Source of the DNA: Gemmatimonadota bacterium
GTDB taxonomy: Bacteria; Gemmatimonadota; Gemmatimonadetes; Longimicrobiales; Gaopeijiaceae
DNA: 64,000 nucleotides
Assembly (NCBI GenBank): GCA_034521595.1
Contig: JAXHMG010000003.1
Span: 2,624,001 to 2,688,000, forward strand
Direction: 5' to 3'
Shown: in pieces, positions 44,635 through 56,300 of the stretch
Layout: every line of letters begins with the position of its first letter
How positions within the stretch are numbered: position 1 is the stretch's first letter
Notes under the pieces: generated by a model
The model's database searches: none
What the model was told of the DNA's origin: nothing
Seen by the model: only the letters and a program-made list of their open reading frames with translations
Made by a program: the position numbers and the translations under genes

Positions 44635-45710
44635 GCACGAAGCCCACGCCCGCGAGGAAAGCGGCCACGCGAGCGGGACCGGCATCCCGGGCTGGCAGGG
44701 TCGCGCTCGTCGGCATCTGGCTCTCCTGTCTCGCCGTCACGGCCTCGGTCACGCCCGCGTCGCTCGAAGCGCAAACCGGGACGCGCGCCTTGATCGTCGT
44801 GGGCCTCGGCGGCACCGACGAGTACCGCCAACGCTTCCACGAGCAGGCGACCACGCTGCGCTCCGCCCTCCTCGAGCGCTACGGTCTCGCGGAATCGAAC
44901 GTCGTTTATCTGGGTGAGCGGGTCGAGCTCGATCCGGAGGTCATCGACGACCGCTCGGTGCGGGAGAACGTGCTCGGCACCCTCGACCGTTTCGCGGAGG
45001 AGGCCGCCGCGGACAACCGGATTCTCGTGGTCCTCATCGGTCACGGGACCTCCGGGCCGAGCGGGACCAACTTCAACCTACCGGGACCCGACCTCGGGCC
45101 GGACGACTTCGCCGCCGCATTCTCGGCCTTCGATGCTCACCCGATCGCGTTCGTCCATACCGGAAGCGGGAGCGGAGCCTTTTTGGAGCCGGTGGCCGGG
45201 CCGAATCGCGTCGTCATCACGGCGACCCGAACGGGCCGTGAGCTGAACGCGACCCGCTTCGGCGAGCACTTCGTGGCCGCCCTGGCGGGTGACGGAGCCG
45301 ACATCGACCGCGACGGAAGGGTCTCCCTGAGGGAGGCCTACACGTACGCCAGGGCCGAAGTCTCACGGTATTACGAATCCGAGAACCAGATCCAGACCGA
45401 GCACGCCACCCTCGTCGACGAAGGCGTGACCGCCGCACCGGAGGACGAAGGCCCTGGGCGTCCCGCCGAGGGCCTCGCGGACGCCTACGCGTTCGGAAGC
45501 TCGGCATCGGCCGGCGTGCCGGACACCGACGACCCCGAGCTGCAACGACTCTACGACGAACGTGCGCAGATCCAGAGCCGCATCGACGAGCTCAGGGCAC
45601 GAGAAGGGTCGATGGACGAGGAAGCGTACCTCGACCGCATGGAAGAGCTGTTGGTGGAGCTCGGGCTCAAGAACCGTGAGATCCGTGCGGCCGGCGGAGG
45701 GACACGGTGA
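44631..45710 (+). CDS. Exported caspase/C13-peptidase-fold protein
   Basis: LIGHG, TGSGSG at the expected Cys position, RVVITAT, F.EHF and ADIDRDGRVS. Confidence 0.6.
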   Translation: MSTKPTPARKAATRAGPASRAGRVALVGIWLSCLAVTASVTPASLEAQTGTRALIVVGLGGTDEYRQRFHEQATTLRSALLERYGLAESNVVYLGERVELDPEVIDDRSVRENVLGTLDRFAEEAAADNRILVVLIGHGTSGPSGTNFNLPGPDLGPDDFAAAFSAFDAHPIAFVHTGSGSGAFLEPVAGPNRVVITATRTGRELNATRFGEHFVAALAGDGADIDRDGRVSLREAYTYARAEVSRYYESENQIQTEHATLVDEGVTAAPEDEGPGRPAEGLADAYAFGSSASAGVPDTDDPELQRLYDERAQIQSRIDELRAREGSMDEEAYLDRMEELLVELGLKNREIRAAGGGTR

Positions 45711-48343
45711 AGGCCCGAACGGGGATCGGCCTGGTCTTCGCCCTGTGGATGGGGCCGTTGACCGCGACCGCGGTCACGGCCCAGAGCCAGGACATCGCGC
45801 GAGAAGCGCTCCGCACGGGCGCCTACGACGAGGCCGTGGAGGCGTTTACACGAGCGTTGCGGGCGGACCCGTCCGATGTCGCGGCGAGGCTCGGCCTCAT
45901 GGAATCGCTCATGGCCACGGGCCGCTACGAACGGGCGATCGAGGTCGGCCGGGACGGCTCCGATCCCGAAGCCACCGCCAATCATCTGGGAGAAGCGCTT
46001 CTCCGCGTCGGCCGCCGTGGCGCCGCGGAGGAGGCGTTCGCGCGTGCTGCGGACGCTGGAGGCAGGTGGAGCCTCACCGCCGAGGCCAATCTCGCGGAGG
46101 TTTTGTTCAGGCGAGGCGCCGTGGACGACGCCATGGAACGCTTCGACCGGTTCATCGACGTCTACAACGCCTCGTCCGGGCGTCTCGGCGCTCCCGATCT
46201 GGTGGCGGTCGGGCGTGCGGTGACGTATCTGGGACGGAAGCGTCCGGACCTGTTCCAGGACGCGTTGAGGGCCTTCGACGAAGCCACGGACGCGGAGCCG
46301 GGCTGGCACGCCGCCCGCGTCCGCGCCGGCGACCTGTTCCTGGAGAAGTACTCCAGCCCCGAAGCCAAGGTCGAGTACCAAGCCGTGCTCGCCACCAACC
46401 CGAACCACACGGGGGCCCTGTTCGGAATGGCGCGCGCGCTGGAGTTCGATCGCGACGCGTCGGCCGGCGGTTATCTGGAACGACTCCTCGAAGTCAATCC
46501 GAACCATGTCGAGGCCCGTGCCCTCCGGGCGCGACGCCACCTCACCCGCGGTGACTGGGATGCCGCTCGCGCCGAGGTCGACCGGGCGCTCGAAGTGAAC
46601 CCGTCCTCCCTTTCCGCGCTGACCGCGCTGGCAGGGATCCACTTCGTGACCGGGGACGACGCCGCCTTCGCCGAAACCCGGCGCAGGGTCTTGGAGTTGA
46701 ATCCGCGCCACGCCGGCATGGATGCGACGCTCGCCGACCTCGCGGTCCAAACCCGCCGGTACTCCGACGCGGTCGCACGTGCCCGGGCTGCGGTCGAGCT
46801 CGATTCGGCGTCGTGGGAAGCGTGGGGCCTGCTCGGGCTGAATCGCCTGCGCACCGGACGGATCGCCGAAGGGCGCGAAGCGCTGGAACGTGCCTTCGAA
46901 GGCGACCCCTACAACCCCTGGTTCAAGAACACGCTCGACCTGCTCGACACCTTCGACCGCTTCGACATCCACGAGACGCCGCGCTTCGAGCTCTTTCTGC
47001 ACGGTGACGAAGCCGACCTCCTGGCGACGTATCTGGCTCCGTTGGCGGAGGAAGCCTATACGGCGCTGGCCGAGCGTTACGGGGTCGAGCCCGAGCCGCC
47101 CGTTCGAGCGGAGTTCTACCCGAGCCACGCCGATTTCTCGGTCCGCACGCTCGGCGAAGCCGGCCTCGGCGCACTCGGGGTGAGCTTCGGCCCCGTTCTG
47201 GTCATGGACGCACCATCCGCCCGCACCCGGGGTGACTACAACTGGGCTTCCGTCTTCTGGCACGAGCTCGCGCACACCTTCCACCTCGCCATGACGGACC
47301 ACCGGGTGCCGCGGTGGTTTTCCGAGGGCCTGGCCGTCCACGAGCAGCGGAAAGCGCGGCCCGGCTGGGGGCATCGGCCCACCCTCTCGTTCCTCTCGGC
47401 GCTGCGCGACGGCCGGCTCAAGCCCGTGAGCGAGCTCAACGACGGCTTCATGCGCCCCGATTATCCGGAACAAGTCGTCCACTCCTACTACCAGGCGTCT
47501 CTGGTGTTCGAATGGATCGAAGAGCGCCACGGCTTCCAGGCCATCCGTTCGATGCTCGAAGGGTATCGGCACGAAGAGGACCCGGAGGCGCTTTTCGAGT
47601 CGGTGCTCGGCACACCGCTCGAGGCATTCGACGAAACGTTCGAGACCTATCTCGAAGAGCGGTTCGCCCGCCCTCTCGCCGGACTGCCCGATCGAGCCGA
47701 GCGTCCGGGCACGGGCGCCACTACGTCCGAGCTGGAAGACTTCGTCGAGCGCCGTCCGAACGACTTCGCGGCGCGCCTGTCACTCGGTGCGCGGCTCATC
47801 GAAGCAGGGCGCCTCGAGGAGGCGGAAGGACACCTCCGAGAGGCCGCGGAGATCTTCCCCGAGTACGCGGGGCCCAACGCCCCGCACCTCCAACTCGCCC
47901 GCCTGTACCGCGAGCAGGGGGACTTGGAGCGCGCGGTCGAGAGTCTCGCACGCCATGACGCGCTCGCGGAAGCCAGCTACGAGACACGGCTGGAGCGGGG
48001 CGAGCTGTTGGCCGAGCTCGGCCGGCCCGCCGAAGCCGCGGACGCCCTGGCCGAAGCGGTGCTGATCTGGCCCTACGAGCTGGACCTCCACCGGGAGCTG
48101 GCCGACCGGTACGCGGAGCTCGGCGACCACGACGCGGAAGTCCTGGAACGCCGGGCCGTGGTCGCGCTCGATCCGACCGACCGAGCTCGCGCGTACTACC
48201 GTCTCGCCCGTGCCGAGACGGACGCCGGTCGCACCGAGGAAGCAAGACGGTCCGTGCTTCGCGCGCTCGAGATCGCCCCCAACTACGAGGAAGCGCTCGA
48301 GCTGCTCCTGGAGCTGCGGGGTCGGGCCGGAGGCAACCGATGA
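45707..48343 (+). CDS. Exported TPR-repeat protein with gluzincin (MA clan) metallopeptidase domain
   Basis: Many TPR-like repeats flanking HELAH...PRWFSEGLA. Confidence 0.85.
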   Translation: MKARTGIGLVFALWMGPLTATAVTAQSQDIAREALRTGAYDEAVEAFTRALRADPSDVAARLGLMESLMATGRYERAIEVGRDGSDPEATANHLGEALLRVGRRGAAEEAFARAADAGGRWSLTAEANLAEVLFRRGAVDDAMERFDRFIDVYNASSGRLGAPDLVAVGRAVTYLGRKRPDLFQDALRAFDEATDAEPGWHAARVRAGDLFLEKYSSPEAKVEYQAVLATNPNHTGALFGMARALEFDRDASAGGYLERLLEVNPNHVEARALRARRHLTRGDWDAARAEVDRALEVNPSSLSALTALAGIHFVTGDDAAFAETRRRVLELNPRHAGMDATLADLAVQTRRYSDAVARARAAVELDSASWEAWGLLGLNRLRTGRIAEGREALERAFEGDPYNPWFKNTLDLLDTFDRFDIHETPRFELFLHGDEADLLATYLAPLAEEAYTALAERYGVEPEPPVRAEFYPSHADFSVRTLGEAGLGALGVSFGPVLVMDAPSARTRGDYNWASVFWHELAHTFHLAMTDHRVPRWFSEGLAVHEQRKARPGWGHRPTLSFLSALRDGRLKPVSELNDGFMRPDYPEQVVHSYYQASLVFEWIEERHGFQAIRSMLEGYRHEEDPEALFESVLGTPLEAFDETFETYLEERFARPLAGLPDRAERPGTGATTSELEDFVERRPNDFAARLSLGARLIEAGRLEEAEGHLREAAEIFPEYAGPNAPHLQLARLYREQGDLERAVESLARHDALAEASYETRLERGELLAELGRPAEAADALAEAVLIWPYELDLHRELADRYAELGDHDAEVLERRAVVALDPTDRARAYYRLARAETDAGRTEEARRSVLRALEIAPNYEEALELLLELRGRAGGNR

Positions 48344-49143
48344 CCGGGCTCGCTCGCTACGCGCTATGGGTCGCCTGCGCGGCCGGTGGAACCGCCGGAC
48401 TCGTGACCGTGAGCGCACCTCGGCACGTGGAGCCGCCAACGTCGTCCACTGCCAGGCAGGAGACACAGGAGATGACCGTGCCGTACGACGGCCGGTACCA
48501 GTTCGCCCGGATCCGTTTCGAGTCGAGGGGAAGAGGTGGGTTCGGCAGGTTCGGGCGCGGCCGCGAGCCGATGTGGGCTCACGACTATCCACGCGCTGAA
48601 CGCAACTTCCTGAGCATCCTCGACGAAACGACCTACATCGGTATCAACCCGGAGGGGATGAACGTCTTCACCGCGGACGACCCACGCCTCTTCCGGCATC
48701 CCGTCGCCTACATCGTCGAGGTGGGCGCGTGGCGGCCAACGGACGAGGAAGTGGAGGCGCTTTCCGCATACCTGCGGAAAGGCGGATTCCTGATCGTCGA
48801 CGACTTCCGAGGCCGGTCCGCGCTCGACAACCTCTCCCGCCAGGTGAACCGTATCTTGCCGGAGAGCCGGTTGCTGCCGCTCCACGAGGAGCATGCGATC
48901 TTCGACGCGTTCTTCCGGATCGTGCCCGACGAGGTCATCCCCCCGTACGGCAACCAACCGCCACTGTGGTTCGGCGTGTTCGAAGACAACGACCCGGACG
49001 GACGCATCCAGATGGTCGTAAACTACAACAACGATATCGGCGACTACTGGGAGTTCAGCGACCGCGGGTACTACCCGATCGATCTCTCGAACGAAGCGTA
49101 CAAGCTGGGCGTCAACTACGTCGTGTACGCCCATACGCACTGA
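48340..49143 (+). CDS. DUF4159 domain protein (copy 2)
   Basis: WAHDYP, YLRKGGFLIVDDF, NNDIGDYWE and LGVNYVVYA. Confidence 0.85.
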   Translation: MTGLARYALWVACAAGGTAGLVTVSAPRHVEPPTSSTARQETQEMTVPYDGRYQFARIRFESRGRGGFGRFGRGREPMWAHDYPRAERNFLSILDETTYIGINPEGMNVFTADDPRLFRHPVAYIVEVGAWRPTDEEVEALSAYLRKGGFLIVDDFRGRSALDNLSRQVNRILPESRLLPLHEEHAIFDAFFRIVPDEVIPPYGNQPPLWFGVFEDNDPDGRIQMVVNYNNDIGDYWEFSDRGYYPIDLSNEAYKLGVNYVVYAHTH

Positions 49144-49187
49144 TTCACGTTGGACCGACCTTCACGCCCTCGGGGCCAAGCAACCAA

Positions 49188-50240
49188 ATGGAGACAGCTT
49201 TGACGGACGAAGCGATCGGAACGCTCAACCTCGAGGACGCGGACGACATCGAACTCGCCGACCGGCTGAAGCGCGGCCGGGAAGAAGTCATCGTCGAGCT
49301 GAGGAAGCAGATCATCGGCCAGGACGATGTGATCGAGCAGATGCTGCTCACCCTCTTCGTCGGCGGCAACAGCCTCCTCATGGGGGTGCCCGGACTGGCG
49401 AAGACACTCCTCATCCAGACCGTCTCGGAGGTGCTGGACCTGGAGTTCTCCAGAATCCAGTTCACGCCCGACCTGATGCCGTCCGACATCACCGGTACGG
49501 ACATCATTCAGGAGGACGTGGAATCCGGACGGCGGGAGATGGTTTTCGCGCCCGGGCCGGTGTTCTCGAACATCGTCCTCGCGGACGAGATCAACCGGAC
49601 GCCCCCCAAAACCCAAGCCGCGCTGCTCGAAGCCATGCAGGAGCACCGGGTGACGGTGCAGGGGCGCACCTACGTCCTGGAAGAACCCTTCTACGTCTTC
49701 GCGACACAGAATCCGATCGAGCTGGAAGGCACGTACCCGCTCCCGGAAGCGCAGCTCGACCGGTTCATGTTCGAGATCGTCATCGAGCACCTTTCCGAGG
49801 AAGAAGAGCTCGAGGTGGTTCGCACCACCACGGCGATGCAGGACCCCCAGTTCAATCACGCGATCACCGGCCCCGACCTCGTCGCGTTCCAGGAGCTGAT
49901 CCGCCGCGTGCCGGTTTCCGAGTCCGTCCTCCGTTACGCGGTGAGCCTGGCCCGCACCAGCCGGCCCTCGCCCAACGGCGACTCTCCCGAGTTCGTGAAG
50001 AAGTGGGTCGCGTACGGCGCCTCCGTGCGCGCGGCCCAATACCTGGTGCTCGGCGCGAAAGCACGGGCCATCACGCGGGGACGCTACCACGTCACGTTCG
50101 AAGACATCCGGGCGCTGGCCCATCCCGTGCTGCGCCACCGTGTGCTCACGAACTTCCACGCCGAGTCGGAAGGCCGCAGTTCCGGGGAGCTCATCGACAT
50201 GCTGCTCGATGAGGTGCCCGTGCCTTCCTCCGGGATGTAG
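49188..50240 (+). CDS. MoxR family AAA+ ATPase
   Basis: GVPGLAKT, RIQFTPDLMPSD, DEINR and ATQNPIELEGTYPLPEAQLDRF. Confidence 0.95.
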   Translation: METALTDEAIGTLNLEDADDIELADRLKRGREEVIVELRKQIIGQDDVIEQMLLTLFVGGNSLLMGVPGLAKTLLIQTVSEVLDLEFSRIQFTPDLMPSDITGTDIIQEDVESGRREMVFAPGPVFSNIVLADEINRTPPKTQAALLEAMQEHRVTVQGRTYVLEEPFYVFATQNPIELEGTYPLPEAQLDRFMFEIVIEHLSEEEELEVVRTTTAMQDPQFNHAITGPDLVAFQELIRRVPVSESVLRYAVSLARTSRPSPNGDSPEFVKKWVAYGASVRAAQYLVLGAKARAITRGRYHVTFEDIRALAHPVLRHRVLTNFHAESEGRSSGELIDMLLDEVPVPSSGM

Positions 50241-50249
50241 GAGCGACCG

Positions 50250-51167
50250 GTGACGGCGAACGCCCGAAGCGCGGCACGTGGGGCACGGTTTCTCGACCCG
50301 GCGGTGCTCGCCCGGATCAGCAACTTGGAGCTGCTCGCGCGTACCGTGGTCGATGGTTTTCTCACGGGACTGCACCGGTCCCCGTACCTCGGGTTCAGCA
50401 CGGACTTCGCCGAGCACCGCCCGTATATGCCTGGAGACGACATCCGGCGCATCGACTGGCGGTTGTTCGCACGCACGGACCGACACTACATCAAGCTGTT
50501 CGAGGCGGAGACGAACGCGAACTTCGTGGTGCTTCTCGACGTCTCCCGCTCGATGAGCTATGGCAGCCACGAGGTGACCAAGCTGGACTACGCCCGCTAC
50601 CTCGCGGCCTGCCTGGGCTACCTTTCCAACCGCCAGCGAGACAGGGTCGGGCTCGTCACGTTCGATCGGGAGATCGTGGACTATCTGCCGCCCTCCATGC
50701 GCCCGATCGACACCATGCTCCACATGCTCGAGGCGATGCGCGCGGAACGTTCGGGCAACCTGGGACCGCCCCTGCTCCGAGCCACCGAGCTGCTTCGCCG
50801 CAAGGGCATCGTGCTGCTCGTCTCGGACTTCTACGAGGAGCCGGACGACGTTCTGGCCGCGGTCGCGCCGTTACGGTCGCGCGGTCACGACGTGCTCGTC
50901 GTGCAGGTTCTCGATCCGATGGAGCTCGAGTTCTCCTTCGAGGACGCGTCCGGCTTCGAAGACCTGGAAACGGGTGAGCAGATCCCCGTGGTGCCGGAAC
51001 GGCTCCGATCCGAGTATCGCCGCCTGATGGACGAGCATCTGGAAACGCTCGCGACCCGATTCTCGGCGAACGGGATCGACTACCTCCGGCTCGACACGTC
51101 GCAGCCGCTCGACGACGCGCTGCTCCGCTACCTTCTGGTCCGCGAGCGCATGAGGTCCACGCGATGA
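50250..51167 (+). CDS. DUF58 (VWA-like) protein
   Basis: GLHRS..GFSTDFAEHRPY.PGDDIRRIDW, DVSRSM and SDF. Confidence 0.92.
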   Translation: MTANARSAARGARFLDPAVLARISNLELLARTVVDGFLTGLHRSPYLGFSTDFAEHRPYMPGDDIRRIDWRLFARTDRHYIKLFEAETNANFVVLLDVSRSMSYGSHEVTKLDYARYLAACLGYLSNRQRDRVGLVTFDREIVDYLPPSMRPIDTMLHMLEAMRAERSGNLGPPLLRATELLRRKGIVLLVSDFYEEPDDVLAAVAPLRSRGHDVLVVQVLDPMELEFSFEDASGFEDLETGEQIPVVPERLRSEYRRLMDEHLETLATRFSANGIDYLRLDTSQPLDDALLRYLLVRERMRSTR

Positions 51168-53290
51168 GCTTTCTCGTACCGCTGTTCCTGCTCGGGATGG
51201 TTGGACTCGCGATTCCTCTCGCGATCCATCTCACGCGACGTCAGCGCCGGAACGTGGTCGCGTTCCCCTCCCTCATGTTCCTCGCCAAGATCCCCTACCA
51301 GGAACAGCGGCGCCGCCGCATCCAGCACTGGTTCCTCCTTCTGCTGCGCGCCGTCGCGCTGGCCCTCATCGTCTTCGCCTTCGCCCGGCCGTTCTTCGAC
51401 CGTTCGGACCTCATCGCGGGAACCGCTTCGGGGCCGAGGGAAGTCGTCGTGCTTCTCGACCGATCCTACAGCATGGACGTCGAGGGCCGCATGGACGGAG
51501 CACGGTCCGAAGCGGAGCGGATCTTCGAGCAGCTCGGGCCACTCGACCGGGCCAGCTTGGTGACCTTCGACCGGAGCGCCGCCGTTCTCGTCCGCTCCAC
51601 CTCGGACCGGGGGCGCCTGCGCGCGGCGCTGGATACCGTGCGGAGCGGGTCGGACGTGACCCGATTCAGCCCCGCCCTGAAAGTGGCGCAGACCATCTTG
51701 GAGGAGTCCGAGCTACCCGCTTCGACGGTCCACCTGCTCAGCGACTTCCAGCGAACGGGCTGGTCCGACGACGAGAGCGTGCGCCTCCCGGCGGGGTCGG
51801 AGTTCGTGCCGGTGCCGGTCGGAGGGGAGGCACCGGAGAACGTCCAGGTGGCCGGAGTGTCGCTCCCCCGGACCGTGGACGCCGGCCGAGAGCGGATCAC
51901 GCCGACCGCTCGCGTGGTGCGGCGAGGAGGGGAGGGGCCCACCGAAGTTCCGGTGACGCTCAAGATCGACGGCCAGCCCGTGGAGACGGTCGAGGTGGAG
52001 CTCGGGGGTGAAGGCGCTGCATCGGTGACGTTCCAGCCCGTGACGTTGTCGCGCCCGCACACCCGAGGCACCGTTTCAACCCCGGAAGACGCCGTCCCCG
52101 CCGACGACCGAAGGCACTTCGTCGTCTCACCGGGGACGGTGCTCACGGTGCGCGTCGTCGGATCCACCTCCGGCGAGTCGGATCCGAACCTGTACCTCGC
52201 ACGGGCTCTGGGCATCAGCCAGGACGGACGCTTCGAGGTGACCACGCGGCGCAGGAACGGCCTCGTGCCGGCGGATACCGAGGGGGTCGACGTGCTCGTC
52301 CTCAACGACGTGCGCGTCGACGGGGCGGCGGCGGAGCGACTCCGCTCGTTCGTCGAGAACGGGGGCGGACTGCTGGTCGCGCTCGGAGAGAACGCCACCT
52401 GGCCGGCGTCCGCGGCGGACCTCCTTCCGGGCGACCCGGGTTCACCCCGGGACCGCGAAGCGGGACGGGGGGCCCGGCTCGGACAATTGGCATACGATCA
52501 CCCCGTCTTCGAGCCGTTCGCCGGCCCCAGGGGCGGAGGCTTCGGAAACGCACGCTTCTTCCGAGCGCGTGACCTCACGCCGACGGACTCGGCGGAGGTG
52601 CTGGCCCGCTTCGACGACGGCTCCGTGGCGCTCGCCGAAGCGACCCGGGGCGACGGCAGGGTCCTGGTCTGGACGACGACCCTCGACGCCTATTGGAACG
52701 ACCTCGCATTGCAGCCGGTGTACCTGCCATTCGTCCACCGAATGGCGGAGCACCTCGCCGGTCGCACGGAAGCCACGCCCTGGTTCACGGTCGGCCAGAT
52801 CGTCGACCTTTCGGATCCGGAGATGTTGGAGGCCGCGGGCCTGGACGCGTCCGCCGCGGAGCTCGAGGCGGGAGGAGAGCGCGTGGCGCTCGACCCGTCC
52901 GGAGCCGGCATACGGCTTTCGGAAGGTACCGAGAGCCAGTACCTGACCCTCGCGGAGCACGGGTTCTACATCATCCGCCCCCCGGGCGCCGACCCCGAGC
53001 GCCCCTTCACGCTGGCGGTGAACGTCGATCTCGAGGAGTCCGCGATGAGCCGGATCGACCCCGAGGAAGTCGCCCTCCGGGTGGAAGCCGCGACGGTCGC
53101 GAGCGAGGACGGCGGGACGACCGAGGCCGCCGCGCAGACCCTCCGCATGGAGGATCAGGAACGCCGACAGTCCCTCTGGCGATGGATCCTCGCGGGGGCG
53201 CTGGGACTACTTATTCTCGAGACCTTGATCTCGAACTGGGTGTCGCGCACGAAAGCGGTGGCGTCCCCTCAGACGGGAACGATAGGTTGA
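51164..53290 (+). CDS. BatA N-terminal + VWA domain membrane protein
   Basis: IPLAIHL..FPSLMFL..LLLLR..ARP, DRSYSM, SDFQ and a C-terminal TM helix. Confidence 0.88.
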   Translation: MSFLVPLFLLGMVGLAIPLAIHLTRRQRRNVVAFPSLMFLAKIPYQEQRRRRIQHWFLLLLRAVALALIVFAFARPFFDRSDLIAGTASGPREVVVLLDRSYSMDVEGRMDGARSEAERIFEQLGPLDRASLVTFDRSAAVLVRSTSDRGRLRAALDTVRSGSDVTRFSPALKVAQTILEESELPASTVHLLSDFQRTGWSDDESVRLPAGSEFVPVPVGGEAPENVQVAGVSLPRTVDAGRERITPTARVVRRGGEGPTEVPVTLKIDGQPVETVEVELGGEGAASVTFQPVTLSRPHTRGTVSTPEDAVPADDRRHFVVSPGTVLTVRVVGSTSGESDPNLYLARALGISQDGRFEVTTRRRNGLVPADTEGVDVLVLNDVRVDGAAAERLRSFVENGGGLLVALGENATWPASAADLLPGDPGSPRDREAGRGARLGQLAYDHPVFEPFAGPRGGGFGNARFFRARDLTPTDSAEVLARFDDGSVALAEATRGDGRVLVWTTTLDAYWNDLALQPVYLPFVHRMAEHLAGRTEATPWFTVGQIVDLSDPEMLEAAGLDASAAELEAGGERVALDPSGAGIRLSEGTESQYLTLAEHGFYIIRPPGADPERPFTLAVNVDLEESAMSRIDPEEVALRVEAATVASEDGGTTEAAAQTLRMEDQERRQSLWRWILAGALGLLILETLISNWVSRTKAVASPQTGTIG

Positions 53291-53314
53291 GGTGAGAGCC
53301 ACGCTGGAGGAGAC

Positions 53315-56300
53315 ATGACCGATTCGGAGCGAAGCATGGCGGACCGGAGATTGACCAACCTCGTCCGTACGGTCCGCAGACGCTGGAAGCTGCGTCTCGC
53401 GCTCCGTGGCCTCGCGTGGGCGACCGGCATCTCCGTCCTCGTCTTCCTCCTCGCGGGGGTGGCGGTGGAACGGGCCCGTTTCTCGCCGGAAGCCCTGCTC
53501 TGGCTGCGCCTCGCCAGCTGGGGCACGCTCGGCCTGACGTTCTTTCTCTTCGTCGTGCGCCCGCTCCTTCGACCGGTGACGGACAGCCAGGTGGCGCTGT
53601 ACCTCGAAGAGCACGAGCCTTCGCTCCAGCATGCCTTCGTGAGCGCGCTCGAAGCGTCGCGCAATCCGGGCTTTTCGCGGGGGCTGAGTGGACGGGTCCT
53701 GGAGCATGCCCTCGACCGTGCCGCCGCGGTCGAAAATGGGCGACGCGTGGAGCAAGGTGCGCTCTACCGCTTCGGGGGCGCGCTCACCGGTATCGTGGTG
53801 GCGAGCCTGCTCCTGGCGGTCCTCGGACCGACGTCTCTCCGCCACGGAGTCGGCGCGCTCCTCGCACCGACGCGCGACGCCGCCACCGTGAACCCGTACG
53901 CCATGGATGTGGAGCCCGGGAACACCGCGATCGCCCGTGGATCCGACCTCGTCGTACGCGCGGCTCCGCGAGGGTTCGAAGCCGGCGAGGTGTCGATCTT
54001 CACGAGCTCGGGTGAAGGAACGGGCTTCCAACGGCTCAGCATGCTCCCGAACGAGAGCGGATTGTTCGAGGTCATGCTTCTCGGCGTCGAACAGGATACC
54101 CGGTACTTCGTGGAGGCATCCGGCGTCCGCTCGCCCACCTTCACCGTCGAGGTGGCGGAGCTGCCCTACGTGGAGAACCTCGACCTCACCTACCACTTCC
54201 CCGACTATACCGGTCTCTCACCCAGGGTGGTCGAAGGCGGAGGAGACGTCGCGGCACTTCCCGGAACGGTCGTCGAGCTGAGCATCTCCTCGACGATCGC
54301 GACACCGGGCGGACGACTTCTGCTCGACGGCGAGGCCGCGAGCGAGCTCGAAGTCGGAGCGGACGGCACGCTCAGCACGCGGTTCACGGTGGAAGACACC
54401 GGCCTGTATGCGATCGAGCTGGCCCGCGACAACGGTGAGATGGTTTCGGCTTCTCCGGAGTACACCATCGACGTCTTGCAGGACATGGAGCCCTCCGTCC
54501 ACTTCTCGGAGCCCGGTCGGGATATGCCGGCCTCCCCCATCGAAGAGGTCTACCTCGAGATGGAGGCGCTCGACGACTACGGCATCGGGGATCTGCGGCT
54601 CGTGTACTCGGTCAACGGCGGAGCGGAGGACACGGTCTCGGTATTCCGCACGGACGGTCCACCCCTCCCGGAGGTCTCGGCCGGACATACGCTCTACCTC
54701 GAGGAGTGGCAGCTCGAGCCCGGAGATCTCGTCTCCTACTACGCGTTGGTGCGCGACAATCGCCGGCTCGGCTCGGAGCAGGTCGTCGCCAGCGACATGT
54801 ACTTCCTCAACGTGCGTCCGTTCGAGCGCGAATACCGTGAAGCGGAGCAGCAGGGCGGCGGCGGCCAAGCCGGCGGGGCCCAGGGGGCCGAGACGGCCCT
54901 GTCCGAGATGCAACGCCAGGTCATCTCCGCGACCTTCAATTTGATTCGCCAGCGCGACAGCTACGCCGAAGGCGAGTTCGCCGAGAACGTCGTCAGCGTC
55001 GCGCTCGCCCAGGAACGGCTCCGCGAGCAAGTCACGACCCTCCTCGAGCGGATGGGGAACCGCGGCTTGACCGAGGAGGACCCCGGATTCCGAGACGTCT
55101 CCGCGATCCTTCCCGACGCCGCGGACGCCATGACGCGCGCACACGAGCTCCTGACGGACGAGGCCCTCCAAGACGCCCTTCCGGTCGAGCAGAAGGCCCT
55201 ACGGTTCCTCCAACAGGCGGAAGAGACCTACGAGCGGTACGTCACCACCTCCCAGAACCAGCAAGGAGGGGGCGGCGGGGGTGGCAACCCGGCCGCGGAC
55301 GATCTCGCCGACCTGTTCGAGCTCGAGCTGGACAAGCTGCAGAACCAGTACGAAACCGTGCGGCGGGGTCAACAACAGCAGGCGGACGCCCAGGTCGACG
55401 AGATCATGGAAGAGCTCGAGGAGCTGGCGCGCAGACAGGAGCAGGAAGCGGAGCGGCAGCGTCGGCGCGCTCAAGCCGGCATGCAGGGCACTGCGGGCGC
55501 GGGCGCGTCTCAGCGGAATCTGGCCGACGAAACCGAAGAAGCGGCGCGACAGCTCCAGCGACTTGCACGCGAGCGCGCCGACCAGGAGTTGGAGCGGACC
55601 GCACGCGCCATGCAGGAGGCGGCGGAAGCCATGAGACGCTCCGCGTCCGAAGGTGGGAACACCGCCTCCACGGGAGCGTCGGAGGCCCTCCGCAGACTCG
55701 AAGACGCACGCCGGTCCCTCCAAGAGAACCGCGCCGGACGGGCGGGGCGCAGCGCCCAGGAGGCGCTACGCCAGGTGGACGAGCTACAGCGTCAGCAGCG
55801 CGAAGTGCAGCGGGCGGTGCGGGATCTTCCCTCCGGCGGCGAGGAACGCCGAGAGGTCGTGGACCGCTTGCGCGAGCGGAAGAACCAGATGACCGACGCG
55901 GTCCGGCAGCTCGAACAGGAGCTCGACCGCTCCGCGAGCTCGGCCCAGCAAGAAAATCCCCAAGCCGCCCGGAAGCTACAGGCAGGAGCCGACCGAATCC
56001 GGGAATCGAGCTTGAAGGAGAAGCTTCAGTACTCGCGGGGCACGATCGTGCAATGGGACCCCGAGTCCGCGTTGACGCTCGAGCTGGGGATCGAAGGTGA
56101 CCTGGAAGACGTGCGCGAGGAGTTGGAAGGCGCGTTGGAGGCGGCCGGCGCCCAGGAGCGCAACCCCCTGACTGAAGCGCTCGACGAAACGCGCGACCTC
56201 GTCCGGGGAATGGAGGCGATGGAGCGCCGTCTCAACGAAGGGTCCAGCCGCGCAGGTGAGCAAGCAGACGAGGCCGGCGACGCTGCCTCCGAGGCCGACG

